Source of the DNA: Candidatus Poribacteria bacterium
Lineage (GTDB): Bacteria > Poribacteria > WGA-4E > WGA-3G
DNA: 64,000 nucleotides
Reading direction: 5' to 3'
Assembly: GCA_965205015.1 (NCBI GenBank)
Contig: OZ242029.1
Coordinates: 5,344,001 to 5,408,000, forward strand
Within the stretch, counting starts at the first letter, position 1, and every line of letters begins with the position of its first letter. Below the pieces are notes generated by a model. It did not search any database. It was not told where the DNA came from and was given only the letters and a program-made list of their open reading frames with translations. Below, in pieces: positions 19,509-28,666 of the stretch. Both the position numbers and the translations under genes were made by a program.

Positions 19509-20216
19509 TTGAAAATACTACCCGCCATCGATCTACGCGGTGGCAAGTGTGTAAATTTAGTGCAGGGTATCGCGTCGCAGGAGACGATCTTCTCGGACGC
19601 ACCTGTGGAAATGGCGTTGCGATGGCAAGCCGAGGGGGCGGAATACTTGCACCTCGTGGATCTGGATGGCGCGTTTCAGGGTGAATCGGCGAACCTCCAC
19701 ATCGTCAGCGAAATCGTAGCTGCGCTTGAGATTCCTGTCCAGCTGGGCGGTGGTATCCGCAGCATGGAGCAATTAAAAGCGGTTCTGGCGTTGGGCGTGG
19801 ATCGCGCCATTTTAGGCACGGTTGCACTCAAACAACCGAGTTTAGTAAAACAGGCGTGTACCGAATACGGCGCGCGTGTCACCGTCGGCATTGACGCCAG
19901 AGATGGAAGGGTCGCCACGGACGGGTGGTTAGAGGTCTCCCAAAAATCTGCTGTCGAATTTGCCGTAGAGTTATCAGACGTCCAAACGCTTATCTACACC
20001 GACATCAAAAGCGATGGCATGCTCAAGGGACCCAATGTTGACGCAACCGCTGATATGATTGATGCCGTATCTGCGGATGTAATTGCTTCGGGTGGGGTCA
20101 CGTCGCTGGCTGACATTAAGGCTTTGAAGCAGATCGGTGCCAGCGGCGCGATTATCGGGCGCGCGCTATATACCGGTGACCTCGCGCTGTCGGATGCGAT
20201 TGCTACCGCGCGTTAG
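19509..20216 (+). CDS. hisA: ProFAR isomerase HisA
   Basis: PAIDLRGGKCV, LHLVDLDGA, QLGGGIRS, YTDIKSDGML and ASGGV. TTG start. Confidence 0.95.
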   Translation: MKILPAIDLRGGKCVNLVQGIASQETIFSDAPVEMALRWQAEGAEYLHLVDLDGAFQGESANLHIVSEIVAALEIPVQLGGGIRSMEQLKAVLALGVDRAILGTVALKQPSLVKQACTEYGARVTVGIDARDGRVATDGWLEVSQKSAVEFAVELSDVQTLIYTDIKSDGMLKGPNVDATADMIDAVSADVIASGGVTSLADIKALKQIGASGAIIGRALYTGDLALSDAIATAR

Positions 20217-20243
20217 AGAAACATAACTTGGGTAGATAGAGTA

Positions 20244-21410
20244 TTAGAGATCACCCACGCCAGTCACAACGCCGAATCCGATTCGCCCCCCCATCTTTTT
20301 TACTTCAAACCGTGTGCCAACCTCCATCACCAAGGGTAGATCAAGCGTAAGAGAGACGTGTGCATAAGTCCCTGGTGTAAAAAGCGAAAGTCCTTGCGGA
20401 AGTTTTAGATGCGCTGGCATGTCGATACCCCATAGATAGATATCAGGTCTGTCGTTTTCGATGAGCGGGATATGTGTCCCGCTCTCTTCGTGTGTCAGCA
20501 GATAGATGAGCGCCGTAAATTCGGAATGTGATTTGACGGTCTTTGGGGCGCAAAGTACCTGTCCAATGGACAGCCAGTCGGGTTCGGATTCGACGCACAC
20601 TTCATCTTCCTGTATGCTGAGAACCCGCGTTTTAATCCTGTCCCCTTTACCCACAATGTCCACTGCTTGTCCGACAGCGAGGTGTCCCTGCACAATATCG
20701 CCACGGACGGATACGCTTTCTTTGGTTTCCTCAGTGATTTCATGGATCGGCATGATAAGCGGTAACCGGGCGGTATCCACAGGCGCAGGCATTGCCCGAT
20801 TCATGGCGAAGATAAGGTCAACAATCGGTTGCCACTGCGTGGAGGTGATACTGTGTCCCTTGTAGGTTAATGCCTTGCCCGCGTCTCCAACGGTTATTGG
20901 GGTGGTCTCTTCATTCCAGCCACACGCGTTCAGAAGTTCTGCCATCTCCTGTTGGCAAATGTCTATGAGTTCATCGTCATTCGGGATACCACCTGTGTTC
21001 AGAAAGGAGAGCACTGTCGGGAGGTGCATCTGGCTGGCAAGACGGAGATGTGCTTCGGAATCAGGTGTGATCCCCTCGACCGCATTTACGATCCAAATCG
21101 CGCCTTGGATTGCAGGCGAACCGCTGACCAGCATTTTGACAACGTCGATGTGTGTCTCGCAATCGATGTGAGTATAAAGTTTACCGCTGGTTTCATACGA
21201 TATTGCGCGGTAGGTGATGCCAACCCCTTCTCGGATGGGGTGACTGGTCGGGGTTTGTGCCTCAAAGTCGCCATCTCCGTTGGTATGGATCGCACCGATT
21301 CTCGCGACAACTTTCGCTATCGCCGTTGTCAACGTTGTTTTGCCGTGTCCATCCGCACCGAGGGTACAGATAGGCAACCTGTTATGTGTATTTTCTTTTC
21401 GCTCTGTCAT
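20244..21410 (-). CDS. Divergent EF-Tu-like three-domain protein (degenerate GTPase)
   Basis: Collinear with EF-Tu over its whole length: GHGKTTLT, GIT, YETSGKLYTHIDC, GQVL, and RFEVKKMGGRIGFGVV at the C-terminus. Confidence 0.85.
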   Translation of the reverse strand: MTERKENTHNRLPICTLGADGHGKTTLTTAIAKVVARIGAIHTNGDGDFEAQTPTSHPIREGVGITYRAISYETSGKLYTHIDCETHIDVVKMLVSGSPAIQGAIWIVNAVEGITPDSEAHLRLASQMHLPTVLSFLNTGGIPNDDELIDICQQEMAELLNACGWNEETTPITVGDAGKALTYKGHSITSTQWQPIVDLIFAMNRAMPAPVDTARLPLIMPIHEITEETKESVSVRGDIVQGHLAVGQAVDIVGKGDRIKTRVLSIQEDEVCVESEPDWLSIGQVLCAPKTVKSHSEFTALIYLLTHEESGTHIPLIENDRPDIYLWGIDMPAHLKLPQGLSLFTPGTYAHVSLTLDLPLVMEVGTRFEVKKMGGRIGFGVVTGVGDL

Positions 21411-21566
21411 CTCTTTTCTCCTGATCGATGTAATTTTTTTTCAATTTCCATTTCATTGTAGCATAAAATCAGGAATTGGGCAATAAAGGAAAAACTTGCC
21501 AAAGGGGCTAATGCGTGTTAGACTATTAACACTTACGGCTTAGTCCAAAACTCCGAAAATAAAAAA

Positions 21567-22073
21567 ATGTCAAACCAAAAAATCTATCAACGTAGCAAAC
21601 TTGCATCCATCCTTCAGCAAGCGAGAGCAGACGGCACCGTTGTTGTCACCACCAACGGTTGTTTTGATGTCCTACATTTGGGGCATCTCCGTTACCTTCA
21701 GGCAGCGCGTCAACTTGGGGATCTGCTCGTAGTAGCAGTTAACAGTGATAGTTCAGTCCGACACCTCAAGGGTGAAAACCGTCCACTCGTTCCTGAAGAG
21801 GAACGCGCGGAGATGCTCGCCGGGTTGGAATGCGTCGATTACGTCGTCATCTTTCCAGAGTTAACACCCATCTCCTTGCTTTCTGAACTCAAACCGAATA
21901 TCCACGTTAAAGGTGGCGACTATCAACTCGAACAACTCATCGAGAGGGAGGTCGTTGAGGCAAATGGTGGTCAGGTGATCGTCGGTTTGAACGTGCCGGG
22001 GAAGTCCACAACCCATCTCATCGAAGTGATATGTGAGCGATATAAAGGCACTGGTGCCGCAGACACGCCGTAG
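21567..22073 (+). CDS. rfaE2: D-glycero-beta-D-manno-heptose 1-phosphate adenylyltransferase (RfaE domain II)
   Basis: TNGCFDVLHLGH, NSDSSV..LKG..RP, KGGDY and STT. Confidence 0.92.
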   Translation: MSNQKIYQRSKLASILQQARADGTVVVTTNGCFDVLHLGHLRYLQAARQLGDLLVVAVNSDSSVRHLKGENRPLVPEEERAEMLAGLECVDYVVIFPELTPISLLSELKPNIHVKGGDYQLEQLIEREVVEANGGQVIVGLNVPGKSTTHLIEVICERYKGTGAADTP

Positions 22074-22123
22074 GGCAATTTTAGAATTAATAATGAGAGC
22101 ACTGAGGAGGCAATCATAACACA

Positions 22124-23494
22124 ATGCAGATAAACGATTCATTACGTCCCGCCGACCTAAAGCCGCAGATTGAGAGACTTTTTGAATGCTCAGGTCAAAA
22201 GATTTTAGCGATAGAAGACACATGGTCCCCCGAAAAAGGAACCCCCGTTTTTACCGTTGCTGGCACCTACACAACGCGCGGCTGGACCGAGTGGACACAA
22301 GGGTTTCAATTCGGCGCCGCGATCCTTCAATTTGATGCCACCGGCGATGCGCAGTTCCTTGAGATCGGTAGACGGAACACGATTGAGAAAATGGCACCCC
22401 ATGTGACACACATCGGTGTCCACGATCACGGTTTCAATAATGTCTCTACCTATGGTAACCTCCGGCGTTTGATGCGTGAGGATGTGATTCCGTGGAACGA
22501 TAGCGAGATGGATTTCTATGAACTCGCACTGAAAGCCTCCGCTGCCGTGCAGGCGAGTCGCTGGACGCGCATTAGTGATGGGACAGGATATATCGCTTCC
22601 TTCAACGGACCGCATTCACTCTTCTCAGACACTATCCGGTCTTTGCGAGCTTTAGGACTTGGGCATACCCTCGGCGCCGTGCTAATGGGTGAGGGGGATG
22701 TCGCTATCAGTCTGCTGGAACGTTTGCTCCAACATTCGCAGGCCACTGCAAACTATAACGTTTATTACGGCGAAGGACGTGATGCATTCGACCTGCGTGG
22801 ACGGGTGGTGCATGAATCTATCTTTAACACGAACGATGGAAACTATCGTTGTCCAAGCACGCAGCAGGGGTATTCACCCTTTACAACGTGGACCCGCGGG
22901 CTGGCATGGATTGTTACGGGGTACGCCGAGCAACTTGAGTTTTTTGACACGCTACCTGCAGATATGCTTGAACCTTACGGTGGATATGAACTGGCGACAG
23001 CACACATGCGCAAAGCCGCGGAAGCCACTGCGGATTTCTATATTGAGAACACAGCACAAGATGGGATTCCGTATTGGGATACCGGTGCGCCCGGTTTAGC
23101 AGAACTCGGCGATTATTTAACAGTCCCCGCGGATCCCTATAACGATCTTGAACCTGTGGATAGTTCCGCCGCGGCGATTGCGGCGCAAGGCTTGATTCGA
23201 TTCGGCAACTATCTCAGAAAGCATGGCGAGTCGGAGGCTGGAGATTCCTATTATCAAGCAGGTTTAACGGTCGCGAAGACGCTCTTCGCTGAACCGTATC
23301 TCTCTGAATCCGATACGCATCAAGGGTTGTTGTTGCATTCGGTATATCACCGTCCGAATGGATGGGATTATGTGCCGGAGGGCAGGAAGATTCCGTGTGG
23401 CGAGGCTTCCATGTGGGGGGATTACCATGCCCGCGAACTCGCAGTCCTCTTATGGCGGGAGATAAACGAAAAGCCGTATTTGACGTTTTTCTAA
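22124..23494 (+). CDS. Glycoside hydrolase family 88-like (unsaturated glucuronyl hydrolase)
   Basis: WTQGF, HDHGF, QGY...TWTRGLAW, DSSAAAIAA and WGDY. Confidence 0.85.
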   Translation: MQINDSLRPADLKPQIERLFECSGQKILAIEDTWSPEKGTPVFTVAGTYTTRGWTEWTQGFQFGAAILQFDATGDAQFLEIGRRNTIEKMAPHVTHIGVHDHGFNNVSTYGNLRRLMREDVIPWNDSEMDFYELALKASAAVQASRWTRISDGTGYIASFNGPHSLFSDTIRSLRALGLGHTLGAVLMGEGDVAISLLERLLQHSQATANYNVYYGEGRDAFDLRGRVVHESIFNTNDGNYRCPSTQQGYSPFTTWTRGLAWIVTGYAEQLEFFDTLPADMLEPYGGYELATAHMRKAAEATADFYIENTAQDGIPYWDTGAPGLAELGDYLTVPADPYNDLEPVDSSAAAIAAQGLIRFGNYLRKHGESEAGDSYYQAGLTVAKTLFAEPYLSESDTHQGLLLHSVYHRPNGWDYVPEGRKIPCGEASMWGDYHARELAVLLWREINEKPYLTFF

Positions 23495-23547
23495 TAATGA
23501 TCTTCCGTTTGTAGTAGGACGATTCATCGCCCGTAGGAGCAACAACA

Positions 23548-24999
23548 ATGAGCAAAATACGAGACACACAGCACTCCAAGGTCGAAATCGCTGTCAAGAA
23601 TTTTGGTCCCATTGCCGAAGCCAACATTGATCTGCGTCCGCTGACGGTGTTTGTTGGTACCAGCAACACAGGGAAAACGTATTTCTCAACACTAGTCTAT
23701 GTACTACATAGTATCTCCGGGGGGTTCGCTCCGTTTCCTTTGCAAAACCTTACTAATGCTTCCTTAGTTTCTGTAGACCGTGAACTTAAGAGAAAGTACT
23801 TTTTTTCAAGGCATCCTGAAGAGAAAGAGGCAATAAGGATACTACTTGAGGCAACACGAAAGGCCCTTGAAAAATTGATAGCAAGTCGTTCTCCATTCAA
23901 GTTTTCGGATCTCCCCGAAGTGTTGCGCAACCACCTACAATCAAATCTCACAAGCCCTGAGGTTATTCGCACTGAGCTCAATCGCTGTTTTGATTTTAAA
24001 TCGCTTTCAGACCTGATACGGTTTACCGATAGTTTCCATTGTAAGATGAAGGTTTCTCTAAAGGTAAGTGCGAAAAATCAAGAATGGTGGAACTTCAATA
24101 TGATAACCACCAAATCAGACCTCGTCGTGGACGGCGCAGTCAATGCTGATTTGGTACTTACGCCTGAAGATGAGGTTTTATGGAATTCAACGCCTAATGA
24201 TGAATTCACTGACTATGCCCCAAATGGTCGAAGAAGGTATTATTTGCCAGCCTCTCGCAGCGGCATCATTCAAAGTCATCGGATCATAGCAAGCTCCCTT
24301 ATGGAGCGAACTATTAGGTCAGGCGGTCCGGAAATTCCGACGCTTTCATCGGTGGTTGTAGATTTCATGAAGCAACTTCCTCTTTACGAGGAAAGTGAAT
24401 CTAATGACACAATACTTGCTATTGCCGACGCGATAGAATCAGAGGTGTTAGCGGGAAAAGTAATCGCAAGACCTTTACTGAGCGGCTATCCGGAGTTTTT
24501 CTATCAACCGCACGGAGCAAAAGCGGAAATTCGCTTAAATCAAACTTCCTCAATGGTATCTGAACTTGCTCCGCTTGTTCTATTTCTGCGAAGTCTTGTT
24601 CATCCTGGGGATACGCTTATCATCGAGGAACCGGAAGCACATCTGCATCCCGGTGCCCAAGCAGACATGGCAGTTATCCTCGCTCGCTTGGTCCGCGCGG
24701 GCGTAAGAGTAATCATAACGACCCATAGCGATTGGCTACTTCAGGAAATCGAAAATCTGGTTCTCGAGGGACTATTAGAGGAAGATACCGATGAACTTGC
24801 AAGTTGGTTGTTACCGAAAGAGGTCGGCGTATGGCATTTCCAAAAGGACGAAGCAGTAAAGGAAATTCCCTTTAAACCCAGAGAAGGCCTCTCTCCAGAG
24901 GATTATGAGGATGTTGCCGAAGGACTTTACAACCGCTCTGTGAATCTCCAACAGAAATTAGAGAAACAGGCAGGTAACAGCGAACGTGAACCTGCATAA
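23548..24999 (+). CDS. ABC/AAA_15-AAA_21-type ATPase
   Basis: NFGPI, Walker A GTSNTGKT, YLPASR, Walker B IIEEPEAHLHP and TTHS. Confidence 0.88.
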   Translation: MSKIRDTQHSKVEIAVKNFGPIAEANIDLRPLTVFVGTSNTGKTYFSTLVYVLHSISGGFAPFPLQNLTNASLVSVDRELKRKYFFSRHPEEKEAIRILLEATRKALEKLIASRSPFKFSDLPEVLRNHLQSNLTSPEVIRTELNRCFDFKSLSDLIRFTDSFHCKMKVSLKVSAKNQEWWNFNMITTKSDLVVDGAVNADLVLTPEDEVLWNSTPNDEFTDYAPNGRRRYYLPASRSGIIQSHRIIASSLMERTIRSGGPEIPTLSSVVVDFMKQLPLYEESESNDTILAIADAIESEVLAGKVIARPLLSGYPEFFYQPHGAKAEIRLNQTSSMVSELAPLVLFLRSLVHPGDTLIIEEPEAHLHPGAQADMAVILARLVRAGVRVIITTHSDWLLQEIENLVLEGLLEEDTDELASWLLPKEVGVWHFQKDEAVKEIPFKPREGLSPEDYEDVAEGLYNRSVNLQQKLEKQAGNSEREPA

Positions 25000-25480
25000 C
25001 GTTCTTGAGGAGGTTCGACAGTGGGTAGGCAATAGAATAGCAACATCCTATATCAAAGAAGGATGTCGTGTCTCTATGGCTAATATACCATCAGCGCGCG
25101 TTGTGTTGGACGTAGATCGTGCGTTTCCAACGGACAGAGCAAGGACAAACCAATGCGATTTTGTTCTCTTCTACATTGACACTACCCAAAACAGACTCGT
25201 CGGGGTTCCAATGGAGCTTAAAAAAGGCAGCGTTAATGCATCAGAAGTGATTGCCCAGTTGCAAGAAGGCGCGCGCATCGTTGATAACCACACGCCACAT
25301 GATGTTGAGATGGATCTTGTTTTTCTTCTGGTCCACGGTGCTGGTATGCATAGAAGTCAGCGAAACCGACTTAGAACTGCCAGAATCAGGTTCCGAGGCA
25401 CAGAATTTCCGATTAATACGGCGCGATGTGGTCACCAAGGAAACTTAGCACAAGCTTTAGCAAAGTCAACGAAACGTTGA
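24986..25480 (+). CDS. Hypothetical protein, possible PD-(D/E)xK nuclease
   Basis: QCDFV...MELK...QL pattern. Overlaps the end of the ATPase. Confidence 0.6.
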   Translation: MNLHNVLEEVRQWVGNRIATSYIKEGCRVSMANIPSARVVLDVDRAFPTDRARTNQCDFVLFYIDTTQNRLVGVPMELKKGSVNASEVIAQLQEGARIVDNHTPHDVEMDLVFLLVHGAGMHRSQRNRLRTARIRFRGTEFPINTARCGHQGNLAQALAKSTKR

Positions 25481-25532
25481 CTTTCTGTATGTGGGAATTG
25501 GATCCACCTGTTTCATTTTCTGGTTTTCTCGA

Positions 25533-26531
25533 TTATCCCTCAACCCGTTCAACCTGTCCGGTTTCCAACGAGCGATTCGCGGCAAGCGTAACGGCAAGCG
25601 ACTTGACAGCATCGGCGTAGGGCGCAATGACCAATCCTTGGTCGTTGGCTTCAACTGCTCTGATGAACTGCTCAACCTGTCGGAAGTAACCCGCCTCCGT
25701 GCCGGTGTAGTCGATCGCCTCACCGCTGATTTGTCCACGCAACCCGAGGTCGAGCGTGAGTTTGAGATAGAAGTCGTCACCGACCAACTCGGCTGCGAAA
25801 TGGTCGTGTGCGCGGGCGACACAGGTGCTGGTGATACTGCCTACCGCGCCACTGTCAAACTGCATATTGCAGACGGTACACTCCTCAAAATCAGCGATCC
25901 CCTCAGAAACCCCCTTGATCCCGTAGGCGTGAACATTTGAGACATCCCCGAGGAAGTAGCGAATGAGGTCGAAAACGTGGGTCGTCTGCTCGACCATCTG
26001 TCCGCGCGAGACCTCATATTTTCCCCACCACGGATGACCTGCACCCATTCTTGTAAGGAACCGTCCGATCCCCATTGTGAGTTGCCGATCGCCGACCAAT
26101 TCCTTTGCTTTCGCTGTAATATCGCTATAGCGCGCCATATAACCGACCTGGTTAATGACGTTGGCGGTAGCAATTGCATCGCGAGCGTATTGCGCGGTTT
26201 CCAAATCCTGTGCGACGGGTTTGGCGACAAAGACCGCTGCGCCAGATGCCGCCGCGTCGGCAACCTGCGTCGTGTGTGCACCGGGTGGGATGCAGATGAA
26301 GACGACATCCGGTTTTTCTTTCTGTAGCATCTCATTGTGGTCGGTATATGCCGTCGCATTTTCTTCATCGGCGATAGATGCGACGCGTTCAGCATTTATA
26401 TCACAGACTGCCGCAATGGGGCGTTCAAGTTGTCCGAGGCTTTGGCGGTAACTTCTGGTGATACCACCAACGCCGATAAAGGTAATTTTCAAATTCTGTT
26501 CATTCACGCGGTTTTTCTCCTTGGTTTCCAA
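25533..26531 (-). CDS. Gfo/Idh/MocA family oxidoreductase
   Basis: FIGVGGI, ICIPPGAH, VAKP and EQTTHVFD. Confidence 0.88.
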   Translation of the reverse strand: METKEKNRVNEQNLKITFIGVGGITRSYRQSLGQLERPIAAVCDINAERVASIADEENATAYTDHNEMLQKEKPDVVFICIPPGAHTTQVADAAASGAAVFVAKPVAQDLETAQYARDAIATANVINQVGYMARYSDITAKAKELVGDRQLTMGIGRFLTRMGAGHPWWGKYEVSRGQMVEQTTHVFDLIRYFLGDVSNVHAYGIKGVSEGIADFEECTVCNMQFDSGAVGSITSTCVARAHDHFAAELVGDDFYLKLTLDLGLRGQISGEAIDYTGTEAGYFRQVEQFIRAVEANDQGLVIAPYADAVKSLAVTLAANRSLETGQVERVEG

Positions 26532-26569
26532 TAAATTGACAGATCAATGCTGAATACTCAGATCAGTTC

Positions 26570-27208
26570 TCAAATCTTATCTCGAAAATAACAGAAACTG
26601 GGTGACGCGTTTTTGTCTACATTCATATGTGGAGTGATTTTCTGTGCCCAAATTGATTTTTCTCTGCCAACTGCTTGTTTGTCTTTCTTTTTTAATGCCC
26701 TTAATCCACCTGTGAATACTGCCTCAGCCAAAAGTTCCCACGTACCACAAATAGAGTCGTTTTTGTAGTTATTTATCACATTATCTTTGGCTTTTGGGTA
26801 GGATGCCTTGATCGCCGGAATATCCCCAAGAAACCACGCTTCACCCTCTTCCACAGCGATACAAAACCGAGTCTCTATTTCAGGATTACACGCATTCAGC
26901 AGATCGAGAAGTTTTTGACGAAATGTTTTCAGACATTTATTGTCTAAATCGCAAACTACGATTAAAACTGTTGAGTGTCTGGCAGGATTGCTGGCATATG
27001 TCTTTCCATAACCTTTAAGCAGTTCGGGCAAACGATCCAGCAAAATGCGATTACGTGCTTCGGTGCGACTCTTGAGGTTTTTAGGAATGCGACCAACTCC
27101 TCGGTAACTAATAACCCTATACGTATGTTTTCTTCCAATAATCTTGGGCATTAAAATATCAAGTGTTTTCTTGCCTGATTGGTCTTCAACAAGTATCTCA
27201 AAGTGCAT
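26570..27208 (-). CDS. DUF4276-like TOPRIM-fold protein
   Basis: ILVEDQS (TOPRIM Glu), VCDLD (DxD), EEGEAWFLGD and NASPSF. Confidence 0.75.
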   Translation of the reverse strand: MHFEILVEDQSGKKTLDILMPKIIGRKHTYRVISYRGVGRIPKNLKSRTEARNRILLDRLPELLKGYGKTYASNPARHSTVLIVVCDLDNKCLKTFRQKLLDLLNACNPEIETRFCIAVEEGEAWFLGDIPAIKASYPKAKDNVINNYKNDSICGTWELLAEAVFTGGLRALKKKDKQAVGREKSIWAQKITPHMNVDKNASPSFCYFRDKI

Positions 27209-28498
27209 TCATGGCCTCGGATCAAGATAATCACTGTACCAGAGTCCGCCTAATGGCAAACCTTCTTCGACGAGGTTGTTAACGAGTGGATCTTCGTTTG
27301 CTCGACGAATTTTGGAGAACCCGTCTTCGCCTTTTTCGAGGATCCAGACCTCTTTCGGGTTTAACGCATCAACAAAATATGGTTGGTGCGTCGTAATAAA
27401 AACTTGCGAACCCCCCTTGTGTCCAGTCGCGTGTTCACGAAATTCGATGGCGAGAGTCTCCAAAAGTTTGTGATATAAGCCGTTTTCCGGTTCCTCAATG
27501 CAAATAAAGGGAGGCGGTGTTGGGTCTTCAAGCATCAGCAGATAGGCGAATACTTTGAGGGTTCCATCGGACATCTGTTGTGCATAAAAAGGATCTTGAA
27601 ATCCTTTGTCGTTGAACTTAAGTAATAGCCTGCCGTCACTGGTTTTTTCAGTGTCAATTTGATCTATTCCAGGTATTTTATCGGCGATTTTTTTTAGAAT
27701 TGTGTGGAAACGCTGAGGGTGTTCGCGCTCCATAAATTGCACAACATTACCAAGGTTGTCGCCGCGGGTATTGAGGTGTTCTTGAGGACCAGCAAGCGGC
27801 AGACTACGTGCTGCATCCGGGGTAAAGTAACTGAGATACCATCCCTCAATGAACCGACGAAAAGCGGAGATTCGAGGATGTTGCTTCAATGCTCCAATTG
27901 TAGCGATACCGAGTTTACGCGGGTCACTCAAATCAATAGTCTCTGTTTCTCCAGATTCCTCTGCTTTTATGGATTCCAGAAATGTCAGAAATGATTGTAA
28001 GTCCTCAATCGCTTCATCAATTTGGTGTCCTGAGTGATCTCCTTTCCATGCCACACCACTACCATTATTCAATATCAGAAAAGAGAAGGGCCACCCACGC
28101 TTCTGCCCCTTTCGTCTTTGTCGAAGACGTTCCCGAAGGACATAAGGACGTCCGAACCCATCTGCTGTAATAGCAATTTGGTATGTAATGGGTCTGGCGT
28201 TTCCGTGTTCTCTGTAGTATATATCAAATTCAATAGGATCTGTCGTTCCGTGAGTCCGCATTTTGTCAATACCGCCTCGCCCTCGTGCGTCGCATGCTTC
28301 TTCAATATTATTGAAGTTGAGAGCATCCGCAAGGAACCCGAAAGCATCAAATAGAGCACTTTTGCCAACGCCATTCTTTCCGATTACTGCTGTCATAGGA
28401 GTAAGTGCTTCTATTTTCTGTTGGTTCCACAAGCGACCGAGCGTCACATCCTTGAGAACCCCGAAATTTCTTACCCTGAAACCTTCTAATCTGGCCAC
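27209..28498 (-). CDS. AAA_21 family ABC-type ATPase
   Basis: GKNGVGKS, MSDGT signature, IEEPENGL and TTHQ. Confidence 0.9.
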   Translation of the reverse strand: MARLEGFRVRNFGVLKDVTLGRLWNQQKIEALTPMTAVIGKNGVGKSALFDAFGFLADALNFNNIEEACDARGRGGIDKMRTHGTTDPIEFDIYYREHGNARPITYQIAITADGFGRPYVLRERLRQRRKGQKRGWPFSFLILNNGSGVAWKGDHSGHQIDEAIEDLQSFLTFLESIKAEESGETETIDLSDPRKLGIATIGALKQHPRISAFRRFIEGWYLSYFTPDAARSLPLAGPQEHLNTRGDNLGNVVQFMEREHPQRFHTILKKIADKIPGIDQIDTEKTSDGRLLLKFNDKGFQDPFYAQQMSDGTLKVFAYLLMLEDPTPPPFICIEEPENGLYHKLLETLAIEFREHATGHKGGSQVFITTHQPYFVDALNPKEVWILEKGEDGFSKIRRANEDPLVNNLVEEGLPLGGLWYSDYLDPRP

Positions 28499-28666
28499 GT
28501 TACGATCTCCATTTTCATTTCTGCGGATATCAAAACAAGTTCTCGGTTATTGTAGCACATCTTGCGTTATTTTGAAAATTGAAATCCTTGGATTATGGCA
28601 TAGGATCGAAGGTCGGACGAGATGTTTCAGTCTGCCTCCACGCTCGGGTTGATTTGAGAATCAGTT

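Noticed and set aside
20244-21410. Calling the gene tuf or selB
   Set aside because: It lacks NKxD and the aminoacyl-pocket residues, and has no SelB winged-helix extension.
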